Below the pieces are notes generated by a model. The model had not been told where the DNA came from. It saw nothing but the letters and a program-made list of their open reading frames with translations, and searched no databases. Both the position numbers and the translations under genes were made by a program. A stretch of DNA of 64,000 nucleotides, taken from the NCBI GenBank assembly GCA_963719065.1, contig CAVRAM010000002.1:176882-240881 (forward strand). The letters run 5' to 3'. The stretch is from an uncultured Acidobacteriota bacterium. Its GTDB lineage: Bacteria > Acidobacteriota > Terriglobia > Acidiferrales > UBA7541. Below, in pieces: positions 48,620 to 59,275 of this stretch. Each line of letters opens with the position of its first letter. Position 1 is the stretch's first letter.

Positions 48620-51487
48620 ATGATCGGCGAAACAATTTCGCATTACAAGATATTGGAGCCGCTGGGAAGCGGCGGCATGGGCCAGGTGTTTCGCGCCGAA
48701 GATACTCGCCTGGGCCGGCAAGTGGCGCTGAAGTTTCTCTCCGAAGATTTAGCGAAAGATCCGGCCTCGCTCGAACGATTTCAACGGGAAGCTCGCTCGG
48801 CCTCGTCGCTGAACCATCCGAACATCTGCACGATTTACGACGTCGGCGAGCACAATGGACGTCCTTACCTGGTGATGGAAGTTCTCGAAGGCCAGACGCT
48901 GCGCGAAAGAATCGGCGGACGTCCAGTGGCGACCGATTCGCTGCTGGAGCTTGGCGCGCAGATCGCGGACGCGCTCGACGCGGCGCATTCGCGCGGGATC
49001 ATTCACCGGGACATCAAACCCGCCAACATTTTCGTGACCACGCGCGGACAGGCAAAAATTTTGGATTTCGGATTGGCGAAGCAAGGCGCGACGCGGCGTA
49101 TGGCGGAGACGGTTGGCGCGGGCGACGCGGTGACGATGCCGACGAGCGATCATTTGTTTTTGACCAGCCCTGGTTCGGCGATCGGCACGATCATTTATAT
49201 GTCTCCGGAGCAGGCGCGCGGCGAAGAGCTCGACGTTCGCACGGATTTGTTCAGCCTGGGCGCGGTGTTGTACGAGATGTCCACCGGGCAGACGGCGTTT
49301 AGTGGCAGCACGTCGGCGGTGATCTTCGATTCGATTTTGAATCGAACCCCGGCGGCGCCGAGCACATTGAATCCGAACATGCCGCCGAAATTGGAAGAGA
49401 TCGTCGGCAAATCGCTCGAGAAGGATCGCGACCTTCGATACCAGACGGCTGCGGAACTGCGCGGGGATTTGAAGCGGCTGAAACGCGACGTCGATTCGGG
49501 AAAAACGGGCAGCTCGGCGACAACGTGGACTGCGGCTCAACCTGCGGCAAAAAAAGATTCGACTTGGAAAACTGCGGCGGCGCCGGCGGCTAGCGCAGAG
49601 CAACCCGAGCAGGCAGAATCGCGACAGCGTGGACGCGGCGGCGATGATCAAGGATGGGGATTGAAGTCGGCGTTTCGCTCGCTGCCGCCGTGGGCGCGTC
49701 TGCTGATTGCGGTGCTGGCGACGGCGGCGTTTTATTACTTCAAAATTTACAAGCCGGAAAAGCCGGTGGGCCAGCACACGAGCGACAACGCGTTTATGCA
49801 GATGCAGATTTCGCCGGTGACGACGACCGGGAACGTGCACTCGGTGACCATTTCGCGCGACGGAAAATTTCTGGCGTACACGCAGGATTCGAAAGATGGG
49901 CACGCGATTTGGGTGCGACAGCTGGGCACGGGGAGCACGGCAAAAGTGGTGCCTGGCACCGAGGAGGCGGAGCTCGAGGACATCGTATTTTCGCCGGACG
50001 GAAATTATCTGTACTACCGAAGCCAGGCGGTAGGGTCGGGCCTGGGAAATTTGTGGCGAGTGCCGTCGCTCGGCGGGACGCCGGAGCATTTGGTGACGGA
50101 CGTGGACAGCGCAGTGGGATTTTCGCCCGACGGAAAACGGATTGCATGGATTCGGATTTCTTCGAAGACCAATTCTTCAGCGGTGTATCTGTCAGACGCG
50201 AACGGCGGAAACGAACAGGCTATTTCGACGCTGCGTTTCCCGGAGCTGTACAACGGAGTGGGACCGGGCTGGTCGGACGACGGGAAAAAGCTGGCCTTGG
50301 CGCGGATCGGTACAAAAAGCCAGACCGGCAACATCGTTGAAGTGATGGACCTGGATACGAAGGAAGTGAAGCCGCTGGGATCGCGAGGATTTGCAAATTT
50401 GACTCGGCTGAGTTGGCTGCCAGACGGCTCGGGAATTGTTTTTACGTCGCCGCTGAACACGATGACGTTTAATTCGCAGATCTGGGAACTGACGTATCCC
50501 GACGGCGAAGCGCGACGCATCACGAATGACTTGAATTACTACTCGGGCGCGAGCGTGACGGGCGACGGCCAGACGCTGGCGACGGTGGCTTGGTCGATTA
50601 CGTCGAGTCTGTGGACGAGCAGCGCTGCCGGGTCGGCGTTTTCGGGGCCCAAGCAAATTACTTCGGGGATCGATCGCGCAGACGGGCGCACGGGAATCAT
50701 TTGGCCGACGCCGGGCGCGATTCTGTACTCGATCTATGCGGGCGGCGCGATCAAGTTCGCATCGACGACGCCGGATGGCAGCGACACACGGGATCTTGCG
50801 CTCGGGAACATGTCGGTGCTGGGGCCGTCGGCTTGCGGCGACGGCAAGCGATTCGTGTTCGCGTCGCTGAGCAGCGACGGATCGCTGCGCGTGTATCGCG
50901 CGGACGTGGACGGGTCGAATCCGACGGCGATTAGCCCCGGGCCGATCGACGTGTTGCCTGCGTGCTCGCCAGACGGAACATTTGTGGCGTACGTGGCATC
51001 GAGCGGGCAGACGGTTACGCTTGAAAAAGTGAGTATCGATGGCGGCGCGGCAACGCCGATCACACACGGCACTGAGATTTTCACGACGCCCGCGATTTCG
51101 CCGGACGGAAAGAGCGTAGCCGGTTCGTATGTGACGGACGTCTCGAAGCCAGCCAAACTCGCGGTGATGAATCTCGCAACAGGTGCGATCGAACATGTGT
51201 ACGACGCGGCGGACGGCGCTACTTTCAATCAAGACGCGGTCGGTCAAATCAGATGGACGAAGGATGGCCGCGCGATTCTGTATCCGGTGATCCGCGGCGG
51301 CGTGGGGAATTTGTGGGCGCAGCCGGTGGCGGCGAATGCGGGCGCGACGGCGGCGGCACCGAAGCAGGTAACCAACTTCAGCGAGTTGTCTCTTTTTTCG
51401 TATGCGTTGTCACCGGACGGAAAACAGATGGTGCTGGCGCGTGGCCGCACGGTGACCGATGCGGTGCTGATCTCCCACTTCCACTGA
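48620..51487 (+). CDS. Ser/Thr protein kinase with TM segment and C-terminal TolB-like beta-propeller repeats
   Basis: Kinase subdomains: [42 protein letters not shown] helix follows ([14 protein letters not shown]), then repeated 'SPDGK..A(Y/W)' propeller blades. Confidence 0.9.
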   Translation: MIGETISHYKILEPLGSGGMGQVFRAEDTRLGRQVALKFLSEDLAKDPASLERFQREARSASSLNHPNICTIYDVGEHNGRPYLVMEVLEGQTLRERIGGRPVATDSLLELGAQIADALDAAHSRGIIHRDIKPANIFVTTRGQAKILDFGLAKQGATRRMAETVGAGDAVTMPTSDHLFLTSPGSAIGTIIYMSPEQARGEELDVRTDLFSLGAVLYEMSTGQTAFSGSTSAVIFDSILNRTPAAPSTLNPNMPPKLEEIVGKSLEKDRDLRYQTAAELRGDLKRLKRDVDSGKTGSSATTWTAAQPAAKKDSTWKTAAAPAASAEQPEQAESRQRGRGGDDQGWGLKSAFRSLPPWARLLIAVLATAAFYYFKIYKPEKPVGQHTSDNAFMQMQISPVTTTGNVHSVTISRDGKFLAYTQDSKDGHAIWVRQLGTGSTAKVVPGTEEAELEDIVFSPDGNYLYYRSQAVGSGLGNLWRVPSLGGTPEHLVTDVDSAVGFSPDGKRIAWIRISSKTNSSAVYLSDANGGNEQAISTLRFPELYNGVGPGWSDDGKKLALARIGTKSQTGNIVEVMDLDTKEVKPLGSRGFANLTRLSWLPDGSGIVFTSPLNTMTFNSQIWELTYPDGEARRITNDLNYYSGASVTGDGQTLATVAWSITSSLWTSSAAGSAFSGPKQITSGIDRADGRTGIIWPTPGAILYSIYAGGAIKFASTTPDGSDTRDLALGNMSVLGPSACGDGKRFVFASLSSDGSLRVYRADVDGSNPTAISPGPIDVLPACSPDGTFVAYVASSGQTVTLEKVSIDGGAATPITHGTEIFTTPAISPDGKSVAGSYVTDVSKPAKLAVMNLATGAIEHVYDAADGATFNQDAVGQIRWTKDGRAILYPVIRGGVGNLWAQPVAANAGATAAAPKQVTNFSELSLFSYALSPDGKQMVLARGRTVTDAVLISHFH

Positions 51488-51534
51488 GTTTTTTCTCGGC
51501 GCACGATTCCCTGCTCTGCAATGGAGGAACCTTC

Positions 51535-52845
51535 ATGAAACTTTCGCGGCGCGAGGTGTTGCGCACGGCTTTGATTGGTGCGGGTGGGATGGCCGCGGCG
51601 ACGGCGTTTGGCGCGAAGACGCGCGAGGCAGATGCGCAGGGGCAAGCGCCGAGCGGCGGCGCGAGTTTGCCGCCGGCTTTTGACGCTCTGAAACCGCTGG
51701 GCGATCGGGTAAAGCCGATCACCACGGCGGAATTTCAGGCGCGGTTCGCGCGGGCGCAGCAACTGATGAGCGAATCAAAACCCGGGCTTGATGCTCTGTA
51801 TGTGACGCCTGGGACGACGCTGAAATATTTTACCGATGTGAGTTGGTGGCCGAGCGAACGGATTCTGGCGCTGGTGATTCCGCGGCAGGGCGAGGCGTTG
51901 GTGGTGTGTCCGGCGTTTGAAGAAGCGCGGCTGCGAGAGCAACTGCGATGGCCGATGGACGTGCGCGTGTGGCAGGAAGACGAAAGTCCTTACGCGGTGG
52001 CCGCGAAATGGTTTGCGGAACGCGGAATCCGAACCGGAACAGTGGCGGTGGAAGAAACCACGCCATACGTATTTTTCGACGGGTTGCGGCGCGCGGTTCC
52101 GGCACTCGAGTATGCGAACGGCAATCCGATTTCGGTGGGATGCCGCGCGCGAAAAAGTGAGCACGAATTGGAATTGATGCGACTGGCGTGCGAAGCGACC
52201 TGCGCGGTGTATAAGGCGACGTTTGCTTCGCTGCGCGAAGGGATGACGCAGCGGGAAGTTGCGACGATGGTGTCACGCGGCTACACGCGGATGGGCCTCC
52301 GCGGAGAAGCATCGGTCACGTTTGGCGCATCGTCTTCTTTGCCGCACGGCTCACGCGCGGAGCAGACACTGCGCGAAGGCGTGGGCGTAATGATCGACGA
52401 CGGCACGGAGGTCGAGGGATATCAATCGGACGTGACGCGCATGGGCGTGATCGGAAAAGCTCCGGAAACATTGCAGCGCGCGTTTGAGATCGTGCGGAAG
52501 GCGCAAGACGCGGCGCTGGCTGCGGCGGTGAGCGGTCACGCATGCGGATCGGTGGATGATGCGGCGCGCAAAGTGATCGTGGATGCGGGATTCGGGCCGG
52601 GCTACAAATATTTCGAGCACCGGCTAGGGCACGGAATCGGACTCGACGGGCACGAGCAGCCGTATCTGGTGCACGGAAATACGGTCATTTTGCAGCCGGG
52701 CATGACGTTTTCGAATGAGCCAGGGATCTACGTGGCCGGTGAATACGGACTGCGGTGCGAAGACGACATGGTGATCGCGGAAAGCGGCGGCGCGAAGTTG
52801 TTGACGTACGGATTCCAGGAATCGCTCGAAAAACCGATATCGTAG
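51535..52845 (+). CDS. M24-family metallopeptidase (Xaa-Pro aminopeptidase/prolidase-like) with twin-arginine signal peptide
   Basis: The ATG at 51535 is preceded by GGAGGAACCTTC. MKLSRREVLRTALIGAGGMAAATAFGA is a Tat-type signal. A creatinase-like N-domain is followed by a pita-bread domain (HRLGHGIGLDGHEQPY, SNEPGIY, RCEDDMV). Confidence 0.85.
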   Translation: MKLSRREVLRTALIGAGGMAAATAFGAKTREADAQGQAPSGGASLPPAFDALKPLGDRVKPITTAEFQARFARAQQLMSESKPGLDALYVTPGTTLKYFTDVSWWPSERILALVIPRQGEALVVCPAFEEARLREQLRWPMDVRVWQEDESPYAVAAKWFAERGIRTGTVAVEETTPYVFFDGLRRAVPALEYANGNPISVGCRARKSEHELELMRLACEATCAVYKATFASLREGMTQREVATMVSRGYTRMGLRGEASVTFGASSSLPHGSRAEQTLREGVGVMIDDGTEVEGYQSDVTRMGVIGKAPETLQRAFEIVRKAQDAALAAAVSGHACGSVDDAARKVIVDAGFGPGYKYFEHRLGHGIGLDGHEQPYLVHGNTVILQPGMTFSNEPGIYVAGEYGLRCEDDMVIAESGGAKLLTYGFQESLEKPIS

Positions 52846-53886
52846 CTAAACGTTTGGCGTAGGTGCCAGCAGCGAAAGGCTGCGGCAGAATTCGATGATG
52901 CGCGCTTCGGCCCAGAAGCGCTCGTCGCCGCCTTCGCTGGAAATAAACGCGCAGTGGCCGCCATACTCGGGCGCGTAAAACGTGATGAACGGATTCTGCT
53001 GCAGCGCAGGATCGTGAAACGGCTCAATGGGAACGAACGGGTCGTTTTTCGCGGTGACGATCAGCGTGGGCCGGCGAATACTGGAAATCACGCGCAGCGC
53101 ACTTGAGGTCTGGTAATACTCCTCGGCATCACGAAAGCCGCAGAAGCGGGCGGTGACCACGTCGTCAAACCCGCGCACGGTGCTGATTTTTTCGAAGTCC
53201 TTCACGTCTTTCAGCGGGTAGAGATCAGGAAACAGTCGAGCTTTGCGTCGCATGCTGCGTTTCAGGCGGGTGACGAAGTGATGTTCGTAGATGAAGTTTC
53301 GCGGCTCGGCCAGCGCGTCGGCACAGGCGGCGAGTTCGAGCGCCGGAGCAATCGCGGCGATGCCGCGTAGCTCCTTCGGGGCAGCGTCGCCGAGTTCGCC
53401 GGCCATTTTCAGCACCAGATTTCCGCCCATCGAGTATCCGGAAGCGAAAATTTCGGGCAACCCGTCGCGCTCGATTAATTCGAAGACGACGCTGCGAATA
53501 TCCTGGCTGAGGCCGGAATGGTAGAGAGTGGGACTGAGAGTTTCGGTGCCGCCGCAATTGCGCTGGTTGAGCCGAATGACGTTGAAGCCGGCGACCCAGG
53601 CCTTTTCGGCGGTACCGCGGGCGTAGCCGGATTCGCTGGAGCCTTCGAGGCCGTGAAGGACGATCAGTGTGGGATGATCCTGCGGACTCGGCTGCCAGTG
53701 GCAATGGCCGCGGACTTTCGTGCCGGGATCGGTTTCGAAATCGCGAGGAACGCTTTTGCCCAGGCGGTGTGTGCCGCGGCGCCAGAAAGTGGAGGCGAGC
53801 GTCATCGCGTGAGCGTTGCGAAGAAGCCCCAGCGGACGGAAGTCTTTCACCTCGTAAATGGTATGCATTCGACGGGAATCGCGCAA
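52846..53886 (-). CDS. Alpha/beta-fold hydrolase (YheT/ABHD1-3-like)
   Basis: LIVLHGLEGSSESGY...NQRNCGG...ASGYSMGGNL (nucleophile elbow GxSxG). The stop abuts the stop of the convergent M24 gene. Confidence 0.8.
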   Translation of the reverse strand: MRDSRRMHTIYEVKDFRPLGLLRNAHAMTLASTFWRRGTHRLGKSVPRDFETDPGTKVRGHCHWQPSPQDHPTLIVLHGLEGSSESGYARGTAEKAWVAGFNVIRLNQRNCGGTETLSPTLYHSGLSQDIRSVVFELIERDGLPEIFASGYSMGGNLVLKMAGELGDAAPKELRGIAAIAPALELAACADALAEPRNFIYEHHFVTRLKRSMRRKARLFPDLYPLKDVKDFEKISTVRGFDDVVTARFCGFRDAEEYYQTSSALRVISSIRRPTLIVTAKNDPFVPIEPFHDPALQQNPFITFYAPEYGGHCAFISSEGGDERFWAEARIIEFCRSLSLLAPTPNV

Positions 53887-54054
53887 GGATCCACTCTAAG
53901 CGCGGGCGAGGCAAACTTGCATTCATTTGGGGATGCACATAAAATTGAAGATTATTGATGAAGGATTTCGGCTACCGGTTCATACCTACACCCTCTGACC
54001 CGCCCTGCTGCGCGCACGAATTCCTGGCGGCTGCGTTTTCCTACAGGAGAAGCA

Positions 54055-55515
54055 ATGATTGACGGCCCCATCCGCGAAGGACTGACGTTTGACGACGTGC
54101 TGCTCCTACCGGGAAAATCTTCGGTGCTGCCGACGCAGACCGATACACGCACGTGCCTGACGAAAAAAATTGCGATCAACATTCCGATCGTCGCTTCGGC
54201 GATGGACACGGTGACGGATGCACGCCTGGCGATTGCGATTGCGCGGCAGGGTGGCATCGGCTTCGTGCACCGCAACATGACCATCGACCGGCAAGCGGAA
54301 GAAGTGGACCGGGTGAAGCGGTCGGAAAGCGGGATGATCGTCGATCCGATTACGATTGCGCCGGAAATTTCGGTACGGCAAGCGCTCGACATCATGAACA
54401 AGTACAAGGTGTCGGGCTTGCCGGTGACGCGGGGCACGAAGCTGGTGGGCATCATGACCAACCGCGACCTGCGGTTTGAGCGCAATCTGGACCAGCCGGT
54501 GAGCGCGGTGATGACAAAAGACAGCCTGGTGACCGTGCCGGTGGGCACCACGCTGGAAGAAGCGGAAAAGATCCTGCAGAAGCATCGCATCGAAAAGCTA
54601 CTGGTGGTGGACGGCGATTTCAACCTGAAAGGCCTGATCACCGTAAAAGACATTCAGAAGAAAATCGAATTTCCGAACGCAACCAAGGACGATCACGGAC
54701 GGCTGCGCGTGGGCGCGGCGATCGGCGCGACCGGGGATTTTCTGGAACGCGCACAGGAAATGGCTCGCGAAAAAGTGGATGTGCTGGCGATCGATACTTC
54801 GCATGGACACAGCACGCGAGTGATGGAAGCGATCCGGACGATCAAGAGCAAGTTGCCGGAGCTGGAAGTGGTGGCCGGAAACGTGGCCACGATGGAAGGC
54901 GCGAAGGATTTAATTTCGCTCGGAGTGGATGGATTGAAAGTGGGCATCGGGCCGGGGTCGATTTGCACCACGCGCGTGGTGACCGGCGCGGGAGTGCCGC
55001 AGATCACCGCGATTATGGAAGCGGCGAAGGCGGCGAAAGGAACTGGCGTGCCGGTGATTGCCGACGGCGGAATCAAATTTTCGGGCGACATAACCAAAGC
55101 GATCGCAGCGGGCGCGAATTCGGTGATGATCGGCAGTTTGTTCGCGGGGACGGAAGAATCGCCGGGCGAGACGATTTTGTATCAGGGGCGGACGTTTAAA
55201 TCGTATCGCGGAATGGGCTCGCTGGGCGCGATGGAAGCCGGATCGGCAGACCGCTACGCGCAGGAAGGCGCGGCGCGCGGAAAGTCCGTGCCCGAAGGCA
55301 TCGAAGGGCAAGTTCCCTACAAAGGACCGCTGGCGGCGCTGGTGGAGCAGTTGGTCGGCGGCCTGAAGAGCGGCATGGGATACTGCGGCGCGGAAAATCT
55401 GAAAGAGCTACAGGAGCGCGGCGAGTTCATCCGGATTTCGTCGGCGGGCCTGCGCGAAAGCCATGTGCACGACGTAATCATCACCCGCGAAGCGCCGAAC
55501 TACCGGCTCGAGTAA
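54055..55515 (+). CDS. guaB: Inosine-5'-monophosphate dehydrogenase
   Basis: [13 protein letters not shown], a CBS pair, and the catalytic loop [14 protein letters not shown], plus GGIKFSGDI. Confidence 0.95.
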   Translation: MIDGPIREGLTFDDVLLLPGKSSVLPTQTDTRTCLTKKIAINIPIVASAMDTVTDARLAIAIARQGGIGFVHRNMTIDRQAEEVDRVKRSESGMIVDPITIAPEISVRQALDIMNKYKVSGLPVTRGTKLVGIMTNRDLRFERNLDQPVSAVMTKDSLVTVPVGTTLEEAEKILQKHRIEKLLVVDGDFNLKGLITVKDIQKKIEFPNATKDDHGRLRVGAAIGATGDFLERAQEMAREKVDVLAIDTSHGHSTRVMEAIRTIKSKLPELEVVAGNVATMEGAKDLISLGVDGLKVGIGPGSICTTRVVTGAGVPQITAIMEAAKAAKGTGVPVIADGGIKFSGDITKAIAAGANSVMIGSLFAGTEESPGETILYQGRTFKSYRGMGSLGAMEAGSADRYAQEGAARGKSVPEGIEGQVPYKGPLAALVEQLVGGLKSGMGYCGAENLKELQERGEFIRISSAGLRESHVHDVIITREAPNYRLE

Positions 55516-55578
55516 TGCCCAGCGCAGCGCGCTTTCCGCATCGCAACCATTTCATCGCAATATCCCGGGCGCTGTAGC

Positions 55579-56070
55579 ATGGCGTGGCTGAAACGATGGT
55601 GGCCTGCCGTGCTGTGGGCTGTACTCATATCCGGATTTTCGACCGGCGCGTTTACGAGCGAACACACCAGCCGGTTCATCGTTCCTTTCCTTCATTGGTT
55701 GATGCCGCAAGCTTCGCAGGAACGGCTCGAGTTTATCCACCACATCATCCGCAAATGCGGACACCTGACCGAATATTTCATCCTGAGCTTTTTGATCCTG
55801 CGCGGATTTCGCGCCGGTCAGCGCGGCATGCATTTGCGCTGGGCGCTGCTGACGGTACTTCTAATTCTGGGGTATGCGGCGCTCGACGAATATCACCAGT
55901 CGTTTGTGCCGGGACGAACGGCGGCGGTGAGCGACGTGCTGATCGACACCTGCGGCGGAATCGTGGCACAAATCGCCGCGGGACTTGTAACCTGGTGGCG
56001 GCAGGCACGTCAAAAACCATTAGAAAATAGCGGTTCTGCAGCTCCGGCACAGCCGGGGCAAATCAAATAA
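55579..56070 (+). CDS. VanZ-family membrane protein
   Basis: HIIRKCGHLTEYFILSFLILRG...DEYHQSFVPGRTAAVSDVLIDTCGG are VanZ-like motifs. 4 TM segments. Confidence 0.8.
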   Translation: MAWLKRWWPAVLWAVLISGFSTGAFTSEHTSRFIVPFLHWLMPQASQERLEFIHHIIRKCGHLTEYFILSFLILRGFRAGQRGMHLRWALLTVLLILGYAALDEYHQSFVPGRTAAVSDVLIDTCGGIVAQIAAGLVTWWRQARQKPLENSGSAAPAQPGQIK

Positions 56071-56094
56071 ATCATCGCTCGAAAGGATGAACGT

Positions 56095-58008
56095 ATGTTC
56101 GTTCGCGGTCTTTGCACTCCCCTGCTGGTCGCCGTCCTCGCGGCAATTCCTGTTGCATCCGCTCGGGGCGCTATCGCGCCGTCGTCCGCGGCGGCTCCGG
56201 CGCCGTCTGCGCTGAAGTATGAGCTTGGTTTCGAGCGGCCGAACACGCATCTGCTCGATGTGACAATTCACGCGAGCGACCTGAAGGGCGCGACGGTGGA
56301 GTTTGCGATTCCGGATTGGGCGCCGGGTTCGTACTACATCGAAAATTATTCGGCGAACGTGCAGCGATTTCGGGCGACCACAGCGGACGGAAAAGAGCTG
56401 GTGTGGCACAAGACTGACAGCCAGACGTGGCGCATCGAGCTCGCGGGCGCGCACGAAGTGAAAGTGTCGTACCAGATTTTTGCGAACACGCTGCAAAACA
56501 ACATCGCGCAGTACAACGACCGGCATGCGTTCATCGGCGGGCCGTCGGTGTGGATGTATCTGGTCGGCGGCAAAGAGCGGCCGGTGGAGCTTTCGATCGC
56601 GGTGCCGGCGGGATGGAAGGTCGCGACGGGGATGGAACATGCGTCTTCACAGAATGCCGGGGGCAACGCGAGTGGCGGGACGAGCACGTTTCGCGCGGCG
56701 GATTACAACTGGTTTGCCGATGCGCCGCTGGAGCTTTCGGATTTCGCCGAGAAGGATTTCGAGCTTTTCGGCACCACGTATCACGTGATCGTGCACGACG
56801 TGATGGGCAAAGCGGATTTCACGGCGTTTGCGGACGGCGTGCAGAAGGCCGTGGCGCAGATCGTGACCATGTGGCAGCCGGTAGCGGGCATGGGATCGCA
56901 GGCGGCGCCGTTTAAGGACTACTACTTTATTTTTCACGTTTGGCCGAAGACCGGCGGCGGACTGGAGCATTTGAACTCCACGCAGATCGATTTCGGAAAG
57001 GATTGGGATTCGAAGGATCCGGTTCCGGGTTACGGCGACCAGGCGACATTGAAGCTATTTGTGACCGCGCACGAATTTTTCCACGCGTGGAACGTAAAAC
57101 GGCTGCGACCGTTGCCGCTCGGGCCGTTTGATTATTCGCAGATGGTTCACACGCCTTCGCTATGGATTTCCGAGGGGCTGACCAGTTATTACGGCGGATT
57201 GGCGCTGGTGCGCGCGGGCCTGATCACTCCGGCGCAATACCTGGATGGCATCGGGCAGCTGATCACGAAATTTGAAGCGGAGCCCGGACGCAGCGAGCGA
57301 AGCATCGAAGACACCAGCTGGGACACGTGGTACACACGCAAAACCGTCGAGCAGGAAAACAATCTGCGCAACACGAACTATTCGTATTACGACGGCGGCC
57401 AGGTGATGGGCCACATTCTGGATTTCGCGATCCGGCACGACACGAAAAACCAGAAGTCGCTGGACGACTGGATGCGGCTGATGTACTCGCGCTACGCCCT
57501 GCCGAAGCCGGGTTTTCAGCCGGACGATGCGGTAAAAGCAGCGTCGGAAACGGCGGGCACGGACGTAAGCCCGATTTTCGCCAAGTATATTGCGGGCAAG
57601 GAAGCGATCCCGTACGCAGAATATTTCGGGTACGCGGGAATTTCAGTGGAAAAGAAAATCGACGACGCCAAAGCGTGGATCGGAGTTTCGACCATGGCGA
57701 GCGATGACGGCCACGTGAAGATTCAGAACGTGACGCCGGGAGGCCCGGGCGATTTGGGAGGGCTCGATTTCAACGATTTGATTTATGCGGTGGACGACCG
57801 AGTGACGGATCCGGAAGGATTCGCAAAGACCATCGCGGGGCACAAGCCGGGCGATAGCGTGAAAATCACGGTGCTGCGACTGGGAAGCTTTCAGGACGTA
57901 AAGGTTGCGCTGACGGCGAATCCGAACCCCACCTACACGCTGAAGCCGATGGCGGATATGACGCCGGAGCAAAAAGCAATCTACAACTCCTGGATGGGGA
58001 TCAACTAG
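56095..58008 (+). CDS. M61-family glycyl aminopeptidase with C-terminal PDZ domain
   Basis: Signal peptide. The zinc motif HEFFHAWNVKRLRP (HExxH in M61 context) and a C-terminal PDZ domain (VTPGGPGDLGGLDFNDLIYAVDD). Confidence 0.85.
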   Translation: MFVRGLCTPLLVAVLAAIPVASARGAIAPSSAAAPAPSALKYELGFERPNTHLLDVTIHASDLKGATVEFAIPDWAPGSYYIENYSANVQRFRATTADGKELVWHKTDSQTWRIELAGAHEVKVSYQIFANTLQNNIAQYNDRHAFIGGPSVWMYLVGGKERPVELSIAVPAGWKVATGMEHASSQNAGGNASGGTSTFRAADYNWFADAPLELSDFAEKDFELFGTTYHVIVHDVMGKADFTAFADGVQKAVAQIVTMWQPVAGMGSQAAPFKDYYFIFHVWPKTGGGLEHLNSTQIDFGKDWDSKDPVPGYGDQATLKLFVTAHEFFHAWNVKRLRPLPLGPFDYSQMVHTPSLWISEGLTSYYGGLALVRAGLITPAQYLDGIGQLITKFEAEPGRSERSIEDTSWDTWYTRKTVEQENNLRNTNYSYYDGGQVMGHILDFAIRHDTKNQKSLDDWMRLMYSRYALPKPGFQPDDAVKAASETAGTDVSPIFAKYIAGKEAIPYAEYFGYAGISVEKKIDDAKAWIGVSTMASDDGHVKIQNVTPGGPGDLGGLDFNDLIYAVDDRVTDPEGFAKTIAGHKPGDSVKITVLRLGSFQDVKVALTANPNPTYTLKPMADMTPEQKAIYNSWMGIN

Positions 58009-58013
58009 CGGCC

Positions 58014-58634
58014 ATGGCAGTGGCGAAGAAGAAGGCGGCGACGGCGGCTTCGAGGAAGCGGATTGCGGCATCGCCGGGGCGCGGCAGTGTGGTGCGCGGA
58101 CGCGGCGTAGCGCTTTTGCGCGGCGTGAACTTAGGGCCGCACAAACGGATGAAGATGGTGGACCTGGTGGCTGTGTTCGAAAAGTGTGGATGCAAGGAGA
58201 TTGAAACGTACATTCAGAGCGGGAACGTTGTGTTCACGGCGCCGGCGAAAGGAATCGATGCGGCGGCACTGGCGGCGGCAATCGAGAAGCGGTTTGGGTT
58301 CAGCGCTCCGGTGGTGTTGCGGACGGAAGAAGAACTGAACGCGGCGATTGCGGCGAATCCGTACCCGAAGTGCGATCAGGAGCGGGACAGGCCGCACGTT
58401 AGTTTTTTGGCGGATGAGCCGCTAGCGGAGAATGTGGCGTTGCTCGACCCGCAAAGATCGCCCGGGGATTCGTTTACGGTGTTGGGACGGGAGCTGTATT
58501 TGCTGTTCCCTACCGGAATCGCGAACAATAAGCTGACGAGCCAGTATTTTGATTCGCGGCTGAGGACGACGGGGACGGCGCGAAACTGGCGGACCGTGCT
58601 GGCGCTGCAGGAGATGTTGCGCGCGGGAAAGTGA
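58014..58634 (+). CDS. DUF1697 domain protein
   Basis: ALLRGVNLGPHKRMKMVDLVAVFEKCGCKEIETYIQSGNVVF is the DUF1697 N-terminal signature. The Lys/Arg-rich first ~30 codons may lie upstream of the true start. Confidence 0.75.
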   Translation: MAVAKKKAATAASRKRIAASPGRGSVVRGRGVALLRGVNLGPHKRMKMVDLVAVFEKCGCKEIETYIQSGNVVFTAPAKGIDAAALAAAIEKRFGFSAPVVLRTEEELNAAIAANPYPKCDQERDRPHVSFLADEPLAENVALLDPQRSPGDSFTVLGRELYLLFPTGIANNKLTSQYFDSRLRTTGTARNWRTVLALQEMLRAGK

Positions 58635-58654
58635 CGGGAGTCGGAGATGACGGA

Positions 58655-58697
58655 CGAATGCAGCGCTGAGGACCGCGGCGCTACATTGAAGTCCTAA
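58655..58697 (+). repeat. Intergenic repeat family, copy e (most diverged core)
   Basis: gaatgcagcgctgaggaccgcggcgctacattgaagtcctaag. It lies 20 nt after the DUF1697 stop and about 45 nt before a canonical terminator. Confidence 0.65.
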
Positions 58698-58742
58698 GTC
58701 AAAGGCGAACGCGGTGGCGTGATGTAGGGTAAGAAAGAAAAA

Positions 58743-58780
58743 CGCCCGGCTCGAACGATCGAGCCGGGCGTTTTGATTTT
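58743..58780. terminator. Bidirectional intrinsic terminator (perfect 12-bp stem, 4-nt loop) between the DUF1697 gene and rplQ
   Basis: gaaagAAAAA-CGCCCGGCTCGA-acga-TCGAGCCGGGCG-TTTTGATTTT. Confidence 0.75.
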
Positions 58781-58803
58781 GCGAGAAGGAATTTCGCGCC
58801 GGA

Positions 58804-59253
58804 CTACTTCTTGACGACGGCTTCCTTCTCGGTGGTTTCTTCTTCAGGAGCTTCCTCGGTGGGCTTGCGGCGAGGACGCTTTTCTTTCTTCTTCAGTTCG
58901 GAACCGATGAATTCGAGGATGGCCAGTTCCGCACCATCGCCCAAGCGCCAGCCCGCACGAATGATGCGGGTGTAGCCGCCGGGACGCTGTGCAAAACGCG
59001 GAGCCAGATCCTTGAACAGTTTTTCGGTAGCCACCGGAGTCATCAGGAACGCCGAAGCCTGGCGACGCGCGTGAAGCGAATCGCGCTTGCCGAGGGTGAT
59101 CATCTTTTCCGCGAGCCGGCGAGTGGCCTTGGCGCGGAGGATGGTCGTGTGAATGCGTTCTTTCTCGATGAGGTTGGTGACCAGGTTGCGCAGGACCGCG
59201 CGGCGATGCGCGGGCTGCTTACCGAGTTTGGAGCCTGATTTAAGGTGTCTCAT
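58804..59253 (-). CDS. rplQ: 50S ribosomal protein L17
   Basis: MRHLKSGSKLGKQPAHRRAVLRNLVTNLIEKERIHTT..., with an acidic/Lys-rich C-terminal tail. Confidence 0.95.
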   Translation of the reverse strand: MRHLKSGSKLGKQPAHRRAVLRNLVTNLIEKERIHTTILRAKATRRLAEKMITLGKRDSLHARRQASAFLMTPVATEKLFKDLAPRFAQRPGGYTRIIRAGWRLGDGAELAILEFIGSELKKKEKRPRRKPTEEAPEEETTEKEAVVKK

Positions 59254-59275
59254 ATTCGCTTACCGTGGCGCTGAA

